A stretch of DNA of 63,977 nucleotides, the filler included, from Trichomonas gallinae (lineage: Eukaryota), in NCBI GenBank assembly GCA_008369845.1. It is 8 parts of 8 records of this genome, joined end to end, with 100 filler letters (N's around TTAATTAATTAA, not from the genome) between each part and the next. Parts side by side here need not be neighbours in the genome. Positions count along the whole stretch, not along the records: positions 52,479 to 60,942 come from MRSU01000437.1; positions 61,043 to 62,825 come from MRSU01000477.1; positions 62,926 to 63,977 come from MRSU01000704.1; 5 more parts are not named here. One strand, given 5' to 3'. Shown here piece after piece: positions 53,218-63,977 of this stretch; within the stretch, counting starts at the first letter, position 1; each line of letters starts with the position of its first letter. Below the pieces are notes generated by a model. The model did not search any database. It had not been told where the DNA came from and saw only the letters and a program-made list of their open reading frames with translations. A program made the translations under genes and the position numbers.

Positions 53218-55194
53218 GTAAAAAAATAATAAAAATTGAGATGAAGAAGTTAAAAAGTAATCAACTATATTCTATAAACGGAGTATTTTTAAAGCGAAAA
53301 AAGGTCTTGGCAGATTAATTGAATTTTTTGAATGGTGAATCTTCTACAAAAAATATCACTGCTAGTTAGTTAATATTCAGATTCATCGAACAAACGATAA
53401 AAATTTTGACAGAGATCAAACTAAATTTAGCTTAAAATAATAAAATATATGCTATTATGAATATAAATAGTTGAAATCCTTTTCTATTAATTTCAATTAA
53501 AATGACAGAATCGAAAAATTCGTTAAATAGCATCAATTAATTTAATATAAGCTAAATAAAGTAGTTGTGTTTGTGACTGGATCGACAAAAATGTCTGTGA
53601 TTCAAATTGAAACTGCAGCAGTATATAGGATATGTATTCATAATTTCTAGTTTTTAACGCATTAAATTTTCATGGGTGTATTTTAAACCCCATGTTTTTC
53701 TTCGAATTAAATTTTTGAGAAAGTTATCTTCAATAATTTTGACAAACGACAATTCTGCTAAATATCAAATCTACTAATGTTATATAGCCCTGACTACAAA
53801 TCAAAATAATTTTTATCAAAATGATTTTAAAAATAGCATTTATAAATGATATCCAACATATATATATCAATGTTTTCACAATTGCAACGATTTTCCTGAA
53901 ATTTAAGAAGGTTTTTGACAGTTGAGAATTTTTTTTTTTTTTTTTTTTTTTTTGAAATTGTTATCCAAATTTTCATTAGCTTATTAAATTAATCTTTACA
54001 ATTCATAAATGAATATTTGTATATATCTATTTTATAATAAGCAGATTACAACTTTTTGGAATTCAATGGGCAAAGAGTCTGGACTTAATATTAGTATAAA
54101 ATGCATAGTTTACATAGGACAACAGGTTAAATTTTCCGCTCATAATAATTTTGTCAATATTCAAAGCTCATTTAATTATTCTAAACTTCAGAGAACGCTA
54201 CAATTTATTTCAATTTTTGATAAGCAAATAAAACGAAAAAGTTAGTCGTAATATCTTTTTTAGGATTACTTATGACATATTACGCCCATAACTGGCGAAA
54301 TTATTTTCATTTTGATTCATTATCAAAAAACTATGGACCGTAAAAGTTACCATAAGAACCTATATGGTCTACAATGACTTTTCTCTTCATCTTGTCTATT
54401 TCTGACGGATTCGAACCGTTCAATAATTCTGTTTTTGGTTTTTCACGTTTCTCGTTCAAATTTAGTAGTCATATTATAATTAGATCCTATTGCACGCATT
54501 TCCAACATGAAAATTTTTATTTTTTGACAAATTTGTAAAAATCTATTAAATCTGGTTATTTCTATAAAATATATGTATTTCAATCAGATTTATCACTTAT
54601 TTTCACAAATTTGACATCAAATATCATCGATATTCGTAGTTTCATGACCATACTCAAGTGGTCTCATTTAATTAAATTTTGCAGTCGTTATTTCACGTTT
54701 TCAGCCCTGGCAAGGATAATTGAACAAAATTTCTCTGATCTTTATTGTTTCTCTACAGACACTGAAATTCTGCTTCATTTACTATTTTTATGACTATATC
54801 CATGAATTTTTTATTGAATTTCATATGTTCAATGAACATTCATCATTTTTTTGATCAAAGTCTTATTCTATAATGATCATTATAAGCATATTGTGTATAA
54901 TCACATTCATACGGAAATGCTTCGTTAATACTCGTTTTCATACGTAAACATATGTTTCTTGATAAAATTTTACAAAATTCAGCCAACATCGATTTGAAAT
55001 ACTTGTCTATATGATCAAAGAAACATATATTCACTCACTAAATCGAGAATGTAGAAAATCATTTAAACCATTCGCTTATTTAATGCTTTCTCTATGTGAT
55101 TGTACCTTCAAACATCGTAAAATTACTTATTTGATTGTGTTAATTATATATCCAATAGGATAAACTAGACATTTATTAATGTTTTTTCAATCAA

Positions 55195-58152
55195 ATGATA
55201 ACTGATCTTTATGATCTACTTAACAGTTCCCAAAATATCGACTATTTACAGCTATCAAACGATATAGATGCATTTCACAAAGATATTAGCAGTCTAAGTC
55301 AACTAGTTGATATTATAAATTTATCAACAAACGAAAATCATGTGAAATTGGCAGTAATAGGTCTAGGAAAATGTATAAAAACTAATTTTGATATTATTAT
55401 CGATAATACTCAGATTCTAAATTCGATATTCATGTTATCATTTTTTCCAAAATCAGAATTCGTACGAAACAATATACTTTATTACTTAGAAAACTATTTC
55501 AAAGATCCAAGAACATTTAGTTTTATTATTAATTTCATCGCATTCACACCAATAAATACAGTCATTGATATTGAAACAGTAATTAATATATTTTCGAAGA
55601 TTTATCAATATTATAGGCGTGAAATATCAGAATTAGAACAGACTCGATCATTTTTACAGCATTTAAATGAACAAGCTATAAGATTCGATTTTTATCTCGG
55701 ATATTTAAAGCTAGCACCAATATTAGCATCATTTATGATGATTAATTATGAGGTTGAATGTCCGAGTATCATCATGAATTCGATCCAAAAACTACTTTCG
55801 ATTGCAGAATCAGATGATTTTGATGAATTTTCTAAATTTTCAAAGGAATTCATTGAATTCATAGAAACAGAACTTAACTTTCTGATAATTAGCGGCTCAC
55901 AGCCTCTTATTGAATCAATTTCACAAGTTTTAACCAAAAGTTTCGAATTAGTTAAAGCAATACTTATTAATGATATAATCAACATCTTAATAGGATATAA
56001 ATTGTTTGAAGTCTGTGATTCATTGTTAACCGTTGCCTTCCCGGTAATTTCACAAAATTCTGCATTAATTAAGGATATTATAACAAATTATTGCGAATTC
56101 ATTGATGAAACGTATAATATAGAAGGTGATACATGTGATTTGCTCACTGACAATTATTTTCTCGTTTTCAGCAAATTCATTGATCAGAATAATGAAATAT
56201 TTGAACATATTTTAAGCATTATTTCTTCATTTTCAGTCAATGACATAACTCTTTATATCTCTTTGAATCTATTCGCAGCAAAATATTCGATTTCTAGAGA
56301 ATTACCATCTGATGAAGTATATTCAATGATATTAGAAGTATTACAAGCATCTTTCCTTAGTGAATCAAATTATATAAGATCTGCAGCTGCTTCTTTTATT
56401 AATATTTATTCAGAATTAAAAGATCCAAGAATTTCAGTATTGGCACCAATAATATACTCACTTATCAATGAAAACGCATCTGAACAACTTATTACTGCAT
56501 TTTCTTTGATAATTGATAATCATCCAAAAATACCATTTGTAGAAGTGATAGAATTAATGTTTAACATCATAATCGAGCAGCAAATAGAGTTGATAGAACC
56601 AGCATTTAAATGTATAATCAAACTCATTCAAAATGACAATATTGCAGTTCTGTATCATTTCGAAGCAATTTTAGCATTATTGACAGAACTAATAAATACA
56701 GAGAACGATATAATAGTGCAAAACTCGTTGTGTTCTATCTGTTTGCTTAACTCAATAGCTCCAGAAAGACAAGAAATAGATATAAATCAAATCTTTCATT
56801 TGTTGGCAAAAAGTTTAGAAGTTTACATGACAGAAAATGACACTTTACAAACAGAAATTCTAAAATCTTTGTCACTGTTGATTGAAACGAACAAAACATT
56901 TCCTGAAGATCTTCATGAGCCAATGATGCAGTTGATTCAAGAATATATCGATATTGAGTTTCCAATTTTACAGAAAGAATTCCAAAATAGAGAAGAATAC
57001 AAAATTTCATCAAATGATTTGATTTCAGAAGAAGATCTTATGAGTGACGAAGAATTTGCTATTAGATGCGAAAATATTGCATTATTGATCAAAGTTGCCC
57101 TTCAAATCAATAATAATCAAGATTCAATTTCAATTTTACAGCTTTTCGTTCCATTTTTCTTTAGTTTTACTGAAGAATCTCAAAAATATTTAGTTGATGG
57201 GATCAATAATTTATCTTTGAATGATATTGATCTTTGTTTATTTTTGTTCAATAACATAATTCAAAAAATAGAGAGTGTCACTTTTTGTGAATACCATAAA
57301 TTATTGGCAAGATTGTTGCAATTAATTTTCGATCAAAACATTGACATTGGAGCACTAGAATACGACCTCAAAGCACTTGTTTACAAGCTAGTTAATGAGG
57401 AGTTAAGCAGTATAGATGTCATCGCTGTTATATTGGCGAATCATGAAATTCTAGAATTATTCGAAAACATGGTAACTGAAAAAGTGACACAAGAAAAAAA
57501 TGCAAAATTGATAGATTCGAATTTTTGTAAATTGATCTCTAAATCATTGCATTTGTTTAGCAGGGAGTTTTTGGAGAATATGATGCAGTATTTTGCTCAA
57601 TATCCAACAAAACCATCAAATTCATTTTTGTATTCACGAGTCTTGACAGAAATAATGATTCATCTTGATGCAAAACCCATGTATGAGCAAATGATATCAT
57701 TTTCGATAAGCAATCTTGAATTATTATCAATTTCGAGTCCAAATGAAAGTTTTGAGATTGCAGTCAACTCCTGTTTGTTGAATCTCTATAATATTGAGCA
57801 AAAAGTTCATGATTTTCCATATTCTCTTTTGAATATAGACCTAATTGCAAGATTCTGTCTTCCAAGTGCTGAAATTGAAATTACAGGATATATAATTTCT
57901 TTTATGATCAATACGTGTTCAAAATTGAATTGTTTTGAGAAATGTTTGAAACCATTCGTTAAAATTTTTTGTTCGACACCAAAAAAGAATCAAGACAGGA
58001 ACATTGATGATAAACTGAAGAATCAAATCAAGAGCATTATACTTTCTTTCATTTCATCAGAGTTTCATATTTCTGATCTTCTAAAATCTGTATTTGAAGA
58101 TGAATTCAATGAGTATTATCTTTTCATGTTTGAAGCAAGCATAAAAACATAA
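55195..58152 (+). CDS. Divergent importin-beta-like HEAT-repeat protein (985 aa)
   Basis: Karyopherin-like size; N-terminal LVDII...KLAVIGLGKCIKTNF resembles IBN_N; acidic, I/L-rich helical composition. Confidence 0.65.
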   Translation: MITDLYDLLNSSQNIDYLQLSNDIDAFHKDISSLSQLVDIINLSTNENHVKLAVIGLGKCIKTNFDIIIDNTQILNSIFMLSFFPKSEFVRNNILYYLENYFKDPRTFSFIINFIAFTPINTVIDIETVINIFSKIYQYYRREISELEQTRSFLQHLNEQAIRFDFYLGYLKLAPILASFMMINYEVECPSIIMNSIQKLLSIAESDDFDEFSKFSKEFIEFIETELNFLIISGSQPLIESISQVLTKSFELVKAILINDIINILIGYKLFEVCDSLLTVAFPVISQNSALIKDIITNYCEFIDETYNIEGDTCDLLTDNYFLVFSKFIDQNNEIFEHILSIISSFSVNDITLYISLNLFAAKYSISRELPSDEVYSMILEVLQASFLSESNYIRSAAASFINIYSELKDPRISVLAPIIYSLINENASEQLITAFSLIIDNHPKIPFVEVIELMFNIIIEQQIELIEPAFKCIIKLIQNDNIAVLYHFEAILALLTELINTENDIIVQNSLCSICLLNSIAPERQEIDINQIFHLLAKSLEVYMTENDTLQTEILKSLSLLIETNKTFPEDLHEPMMQLIQEYIDIEFPILQKEFQNREEYKISSNDLISEEDLMSDEEFAIRCENIALLIKVALQINNNQDSISILQLFVPFFFSFTEESQKYLVDGINNLSLNDIDLCLFLFNNIIQKIESVTFCEYHKLLARLLQLIFDQNIDIGALEYDLKALVYKLVNEELSSIDVIAVILANHEILELFENMVTEKVTQEKNAKLIDSNFCKLISKSLHLFSREFLENMMQYFAQYPTKPSNSFLYSRVLTEIMIHLDAKPMYEQMISFSISNLELLSISSPNESFEIAVNSCLLNLYNIEQKVHDFPYSLLNIDLIARFCLPSAEIEITGYIISFMINTCSKLNCFEKCLKPFVKIFCSTPKKNQDRNIDDKLKNQIKSIILSFISSEFHISDLLKSVFEDEFNEYYLFMFEASIKT

Positions 58153-58633
58153 TTAAATTGTTGGTTTATTTAACACAACAAAAAATTTATTTTAATCATA
58201 TAATCACAATATATTTATAAGTACAATATTCAGTTTATTAAGATTTCATTATTATTTTATATAAGAATGAAATTAAAATTGCATCAGGAGATTTGGGAAA
58301 TTTTCCTTTTTATCTGCGAACAATTTTAATGAGCAGGTGAAGAGCTCTGCGTAATCATCTTCAAATATCTGTATTAAATGCAAAATATAAAATACCCCCT
58401 TTTAATTTCCTCTACAACTCTCAATCTAGCACAGAATTATAATTCTTTAATGAGAGTGAACAGAAAAGTGATATGATGCTATAAGGCCATCATTCTGCTC
58501 GACTTTACCATGAATTTTCATTATGATATATTCGATTTCAATTTTTTGAGTTATTTAATAAAAAAGTTATATATATCAAGAGAAAATAAATAATGTCTTG
58601 ACTAAATTTTTATTCCTCTCACCAAAAATTAAA

Positions 58634-59430
58634 TTATGTCAAGAGAGTTGCCTTTGTTGTAATCAAAGCCTCGTCCACATTCCTCCTCCTAACGACGAGG
58701 ATTGCAATGGCAACGACCAAAGCGATGATCACTGCGCAGCAACGCATCCAACAATTGCCCATACCGGGAAGTGGTTCTTGGACTTGCCTGCATCACCATC
58801 CTTTTGGCCTTCTTAGTATTCTGAGAAAACTTCTTCTTCGATCTTCTTGCCGATTAATGCAATGCTATCGAATCTGATGTATCCACCGTTTGCTTCGATT
58901 GCAACTCTGTTGAGGTCATCCATAAATGCTGTGAGGTTGACACTTGTGAAGTTGTAAATAATTGTGTCCATGGATGATGTATATGTCTCGATCTGTGGCT
59001 TAATGAATGACATGATATAGTCGTATTCGAACTTGAGATCATTGAAAATCTGCTTGGCTGTGGCCTTTGGACTGTTGACGTATTCTAAAACCTTCTTGAG
59101 GCCAGCAATGTATTCATCAGCCTTGCCATAGCAGCATTAGTGATGTTGTGGACTGTTGTGTGTTAGAGTTGAGTAACATTCTCGAATGGTGGAAGGACTT
59201 CGAGACCACGCAATGTGACACCCTTAAGTGCCTCTCTGACGGTGATGTCCTGTGTCTTGCTGAGTTTAGAATAAAACTGTGCAGCAGTGACGTAAATGTC
59301 GCCTTATGGGAGGCATTTGATGAGGTCGCCGAATGTGAACTCTTCTTTCAGTTCTTTTGCAATATCTTTGATGATATTTGCGATGTTCCTGAGTGTTCCA
59401 TGAACTGTGAGTGAGTCAATGATGATGAAT
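58634..59430 (-). pseudogene. 5'-truncated pseudogene of a single-pass surface protein
   Basis: GC-rich coding-like DNA with three in-frame TAA and two frameshifts; ends FPVWAIVGCVAA/AVIIALVVAIAILVVRRRNVDEALITTKATLLT*. Confidence 0.8.
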
Positions 59431-59991
59431 CACAATGATTGACCTGTTATAAAGATCTCATTATGCTAATCAAAATTAATTAGGAAAGAAAAAAATTGGA
59501 CTGTCAAAAAAATGGTTCGTAAAAATTTAGGGATGAAATATTGAATTTCAAGCATTTTGGAGTGATATGGAAAAAAAAAGCTTTCAACGCTCGATTTAGA
59601 TCCGTCATCAATGAAAAGCAGATAGATCATTCCAATGAACATTAGTGTTATAAAAATCATCAAATCCATATTTTCAATGTTCAATTAGAAAATAGTTCAT
59701 GCAAATTTGATAGTAAATTAGCGTTTCGATAGTCTTTTAATCTATATAATAGATTTATGTTGTAATTCGAATATGAAAAATGAAACAATATTTTTAATGA
59801 GAATAATGCAATTTTCATATATATATTAAGGATTACTTCCTGAATATATATATATTTGTATGATATTAATTTTTATTATTTATTTGTTTTTTATTTTGAT
59901 TTCAAATATTATAATTAGAGCAAAATGATATGATTTTTTCGGTTGGAATCTGTTGTGTTGATTTATCTAATATAAATTCGGTTCATTTTAT

Positions 59992-60531
59992 ATGAGTGAA
60001 GGAAGTTTAACGATTCTTGCAAAAGTTAGTCAAGAAAAATTCGCTAAACAGGAAAAGAAATGTGAAGAAAATAACGAAATAGTTGAAGCACAGCTTTCCA
60101 TTCTTAATGAATACGCACAATCGTATAATGGTTTTGAAAATATTGAAAAATCGATTGCTGAAGTTGACTCAAAAATAGCTTCCATTGATAAGGAAATAGA
60201 TATCGCACAAAAATTCATGAATCAGCTTATTTTAGATCGAATCGAATATCAAAAACAAACAGAATGCAGCGAAATGATGAAATTGATTATGGATTCTACA
60301 ATACAGAACTTTCATGATGCTATGAAATCATCAGTCGAGAACTCAAAGCCAAATGTCAGTCTTTTTACAGTTATCGAACTTGAGAACAATTTTGCACAAC
60401 TCATTGCCAAGCTGAAAGACCAAAACATGTATCCTATAAATCAAGAAGATGATCCGAAACAAAATCAAAAAGTTAAAGATCACAACACAAAAATTTTATC
60501 ATTCTTGAAGCAATTTGTTGGAAAGCAATAG
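59992..60531 (+). CDS. Hypothetical coiled-coil protein (179 aa)
   Basis: ATG preceded by TCATTT initiator; heptad-rich E/K/Q/I sequence. Confidence 0.78.
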   Translation: MSEGSLTILAKVSQEKFAKQEKKCEENNEIVEAQLSILNEYAQSYNGFENIEKSIAEVDSKIASIDKEIDIAQKFMNQLILDRIEYQKQTECSEMMKLIMDSTIQNFHDAMKSSVENSKPNVSLFTVIELENNFAQLIAKLKDQNMYPINQEDDPKQNQKVKDHNTKILSFLKQFVGKQ

Positions 60532-60862
60532 AGTTTTACAATTTTGTTTATATAAAATAACTGCTATCATTAAGATTTCTTACAATTTTTATTTGATATG
60601 TTATAGGCTCAATTAATTTTTCCATTTTCATTAGATGCGAATAATATAAAGCAAGCATAAGTAACGATTCCCAACTCTACATCATTATAACACTATAAAT
60701 ATTATATAATTTCAACATACATCACTTCTTCGGTAGAATCATCAAGAGGACATGATAAACTAGGAAAATTGATGATTCATAGATTTACATAAGGTAAAAC
60801 AGTTATATAAATTTTTGAACTTCGATATATGAAAAACAATGAACGAAATCAATGGAACAAGC

Positions 60863-60942
60863 TAGGGATGTGCGAACTGGCCGTTTAGTGATGGATTCGC
60901 TGATTTTGGATTCGGGGTTCGCTCGCGAAAAGTGACACCTTG
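60863..60942 (+). mobile_element. Candidate DNA-transposon terminus (hAT-like TAGGGATG)
   Basis: Abrupt GC rise starting at TAGGGATGTGCGAAC and running into the contig end; only one end visible. Confidence 0.4.
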
Positions 60943-61042
60943 NNNNNNNNNNNNNNNNNNNNNNNNNNNNNNNNNNNNNNNNNNNNTTAATTAATTAANN
61001 NNNNNNNNNNNNNNNNNNNNNNNNNNNNNNNNNNNNNNNNNN
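60943..61042. other. Artificial contig spacer
   Basis: N44-TTAATTAATTAA-N44. Confidence 0.98.
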
Positions 61043-61489
61043 GATACGATATTCTTAGTATTTGCGTCAATGCATCACTAACCGTAAATATTCATATATT
61101 CATATAAAGATTATATTTCATATATTAAATATGACTTCTGATGAAAAAAAAATAATTAATTCAAATTATCTCCAAAATAGACGTACGGCGAGGAAAGTCG
61201 CCGTTAGAGATCATATTCCCCTATGTCATATGTATCCAACAGGCATGGTTTCGAGTCGATCTGAAAAGGCGGAGGGAGTTCCCCCCCGCCTTTATTATAA
61301 AGTATCGTGGCATTGAATTTCAATTAGTTTTATCTCAATTTTGTCTTTTTGCATAATAATATGCAAACAAAAATGTATCTTTCTCGATAGATGAATACTT
61401 AGGAGGCCAAAAATCAATCTAAATGTCCATACTTCAGTATTTTTGAAAATAATGTTGCACTAGGAAAAGTCATAGACTATAATAAGAAC

Positions 61490-62825
61490 GAAAAAGTCAC
61501 ATACTATATCGATTTCAATAATGGAGCTGTCAATGATTCTAAAACTCTTAATGGTTCTGCCAAAGATCCAATATATGAAACATTCGAATACAACTTCAAT
61601 ATGCCACTATCAGTTGGCAAATAATTATTAAACATTACAGCAGTCGATATAGCTAACCTCACGTCAAACGTTTTCCTGAAGTATCTCCTTGTTAATGAAA
61701 AACCTAGAATAACAGTCACACAAGACAGCATCCGCCCAGAGTACTTTACTGGTGTTGTTGTTGAATTTTCTGGCACATTGTGGGATGATTTGAGTGCGAA
61801 GTTTATTATCGTTTCGATGAAGATTACAACTTTTTCGTCGATGAAACATTCGAATGCAATTCAAGCACAGTTCCATATAGTGTTGTATTCAATCTTCGTG
61901 AAAAGAAGCTCCAATATGGTACACACAAGCTCCATGTTTGGGCAGAAGACAACTTTGGTATTGAATCAAATGAATTGGTATACGAGTTCAATTATAGAGA
62001 GCTTCATGTTCCAAAACTCGAAATCATGAATCCATATGATAACGAACACACAGTTAATGATTACATCATGGTCAAAGGGAAAGTTTATGACGAGGATTAC
62101 GATGAAACAATAGAATTATGGTACAAAGATCCAATTTCTGATCCTACAGCACCATTCCAGCTTGCATCAGTAACACCTGAACGCATCCCATCAAAGATAC
62201 AAGGTGTAGAATTTTCTGTAATCTTCCAGATCCCAAGGTACCACCCAATAGGTACTAATCTCTTACATCTTCCAGGCACGTGACAACCACGGTGGATTCT
62301 CACGTGATGCTAAATACTATTTCACTGCCAAGAAGATTCCAGCTCCAACAGATCCTCCATAACCAACAACATATCCACTTCCTCCTAACTACTTACCATC
62401 AAATAGTACTGTACCAGAAGGCTTCAATCCATATAACTCCAGCTATACATCTTTCACAAAGACAAATGCCACTGTTTCTGAGGGAGAAGAAGAATACTCA
62501 ACATGGACTTTGACATCTTCTTCCATCCAAATTTATGCTGAAGTTCCACCACCGACTCCACTCCCATCTGAGACACCAGTTCCACCTGATCCAACACCAA
62601 AGCCATTCATTCCAGGCGGCGGTGATGGAGCAGCTGCCAAAATCGCACAGCCTCAAAAAAAGAAGCAAGAGAAGTCTAATCTCATTCCTATCATTGCAGG
62701 TGCCGTAGCAGCTGTTGTTGCTGCAGGTGTTGTTGCTGCTGTTGCTGCAGGTGCAATCATTTGGCACGAGGCTGCGAAGAAGGCGAAAGAGTTCGAGTTC
62801 AACGAAGAAGATATGGAAGCTTACC
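61490..62825 (+). pseudogene. Disrupted Bap-like/Ig-repeat surface protein gene with Pro/Thr stalk and C-terminal TM helix
   Basis: Beta-rich repeats (VEFSGTLWDD, HKLHVWAEDNFGIES, VKGKVYDEDYDE, FQARDNHGG), PTP-rich stalk, TM LIPIIAGAVAAVVAAGVVAAVAAGAIIW; split over several frames with in-frame stops. Confidence 0.78.
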
Positions 62826-62925
62826 NNNNNNNNNNNNNNNNNNNNNNNNNNNNNNNNNNNNNNNNNNNNTTAATTAATTAANNNNNNNNNNNNNNNNNNN
62901 NNNNNNNNNNNNNNNNNNNNNNNNN
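62826..62925. other. Artificial contig spacer
   Basis: N44-TTAATTAATTAA-N44. Confidence 0.98.
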
Positions 62926-63977
62926 GAGTTTGAATTCCAGTTACTTAAACCAGGAGAACCATTCCTCAGTGAAGTTGCATTATCCGAAGAGAGAGTCCCA
63001 TCTGGAAAAGATACAAAAATTGTCATCTACGGCGATGGCTCAGATCCAAACGTTCCTCAAACAGTTTCAATATATGCTAAAATAGATAATGATGAAACTG
63101 AGATATTTGTTGGCAATTTCACATCAAAATCTACTCTTGTTCCATGGGCAAACTTCTTCACAGTCCCATCAAAATTAACAAAAGGACAACACATGATAAA
63201 GGTCTTTTTGAAGGATGAAGTTGGAGTAAAGTCAAGCAGAGAATGGCCTCTGACTATCCTCGTCTGGCCAGAAGACGAAACACTTCCTCCAGCCGAAATT
63301 GGCCAGATTCTTGATGCCAGCAAGGAAACAATCCATGAACCAAACACAGCTTTGTTCAACCTTCATTATGTCAGCAAAGATGGCATCAGATCCAACATGA
63401 CATTCAACGACGAAGGTTTCTACGCAGCCTTCAGAGTGCATAAGCACCCAGATGGTGGACCAACATTTGGAACACACGTTATGAAGTACTCAGGAGAGAA
63501 GCACACAACGATGATTGAAGACAATGTTAACGTCACATTCTCAGTTGAAAACGATACATTAACAGGATACAAGAAACTTCAATGGACTGTTATCAACAAA
63601 AACTTCTTCCCGAAGTACTTTGATCTTGGTGTTTTCGCAGATTCAGATTTCTCAGGCGACGAAAGCAGCACAGTTCAGGAGAGACCAGATGGCTTGGGCA
63701 TTATTGTCACAAACACAAGATTGGGCATCCACTACACAGTCTTCACAAGAGGTGTTCAAGGCTCACAACCAGTCACAAATCACTTCATTAAAGGCATGGA
63801 TAGAACGGGAACAAATCACATTCCAGTTGACGAGAGTCCATTCTTCAACAAGACAACTAATGTAGGTGTGTTGAAGGGTGTTAATGCATTTTATGGATTC
63901 TCGTGGTCTCAAACGATCAATCCAGACGAGGAGACAACATTCGCTGTTTTGGTTGCTGCTCATGATAAGGTCAAGAC
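62926..63977 (+). CDS. Internal fragment of a large Bap-like surface protein (open at both ends; absent from the ORF track)
   Basis: Manual translation from 62926 gives 350 stop-free codons (EFEFQLLKPGEP...GQHMIKVFLKDEVGVKS...FDLGVFADSDFSGDES...YGFSWSQTINPDEETTFAV), beta-rich, coding codon bias. Confidence 0.82.

Noticed and set aside
59153..59177. 25-nt GT...TCTAAC...AACAG on the minus strand resembling a short trichomonad intron
   Set aside because: Removal does not restore the frame (TGA follows shortly), motif spacing is off, and the gene has other lesions
58634..59430. Possible TAA reassignment or readthrough suggested by three in-frame TAA codons
   Set aside because: TAA is the normal stop of most intact genes here and the region also has frameshifts; pseudogene is simpler
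61138..61204. CTGATGA and GAGGAAAGTC as hammerhead or RNase P/MRP core motifs
   Set aside because: The required flanking stems and partner conserved region could not be found; GGAAAG is just a hairpin loop
8683..62925. Seven identical N44-TTAATTAATTAA-N44 blocks resembling a dispersed repeat
   Set aside because: Artificial concatenation linkers; ORFs containing X residues and gene neighbourhoods across them are artefacts
727..63963. Numerous 60-170 aa ORFs antisense to or overlapping the long genes
   Set aside because: Shadow ORFs produced by codon bias of the real genes; many start at TTG/GTG
1..63977. CRISPR arrays, operons, rRNA or prokaryotic defence systems
   Set aside because: No repeat-spacer arrays, rRNA or prokaryotic gene organisation seen; the content is eukaryotic

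Overview
AT-rich, essentially intron-free eukaryotic DNA with the gene families, TCA(T/C)T initiator elements and stop-overlapping TAAA signals typical of trichomonads (Trichomonas or a close parabasalid; species not determinable here). It is not one locus: eight contigs are joined by seven identical artificial 100-bp spacers (N44-TTAATTAATTAA-N44), so adjacency across spacers means nothing. Recognisable genes: RPS27A (3' part), a Rab GTPase, a beta-adaptin, three complete and one partial CAMK-type kinases, a PPP-family phosphatase, deoxyhypusine synthase, DAW1/ODA16, a GT-C (PIG-V-like) membrane glycosyltransferase, HEAT-type and coiled-coil proteins, surface-protein genes and pseudogenes, and a tRNA-Asp. 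The most striking observation is an ankyrin/coiled-coil gene (36027-37441) whose reading frame is broken twice, at the same position of consecutive ankyrin repeats, by similar 17- and 18-nt U-rich inserts lacking usable GT-AG/branch signals. Removing them restores consensus ankyrin repeats and a 459-aa ORF, suggesting a non-canonical mini-intron or recoding system. Also notable: a recurring upstream motif TTTACATGTCA, two ubiquitin-like paralogues with a shared PLPxFW tail, gene-fragment mosaics and candidate transposon termini at contig ends.
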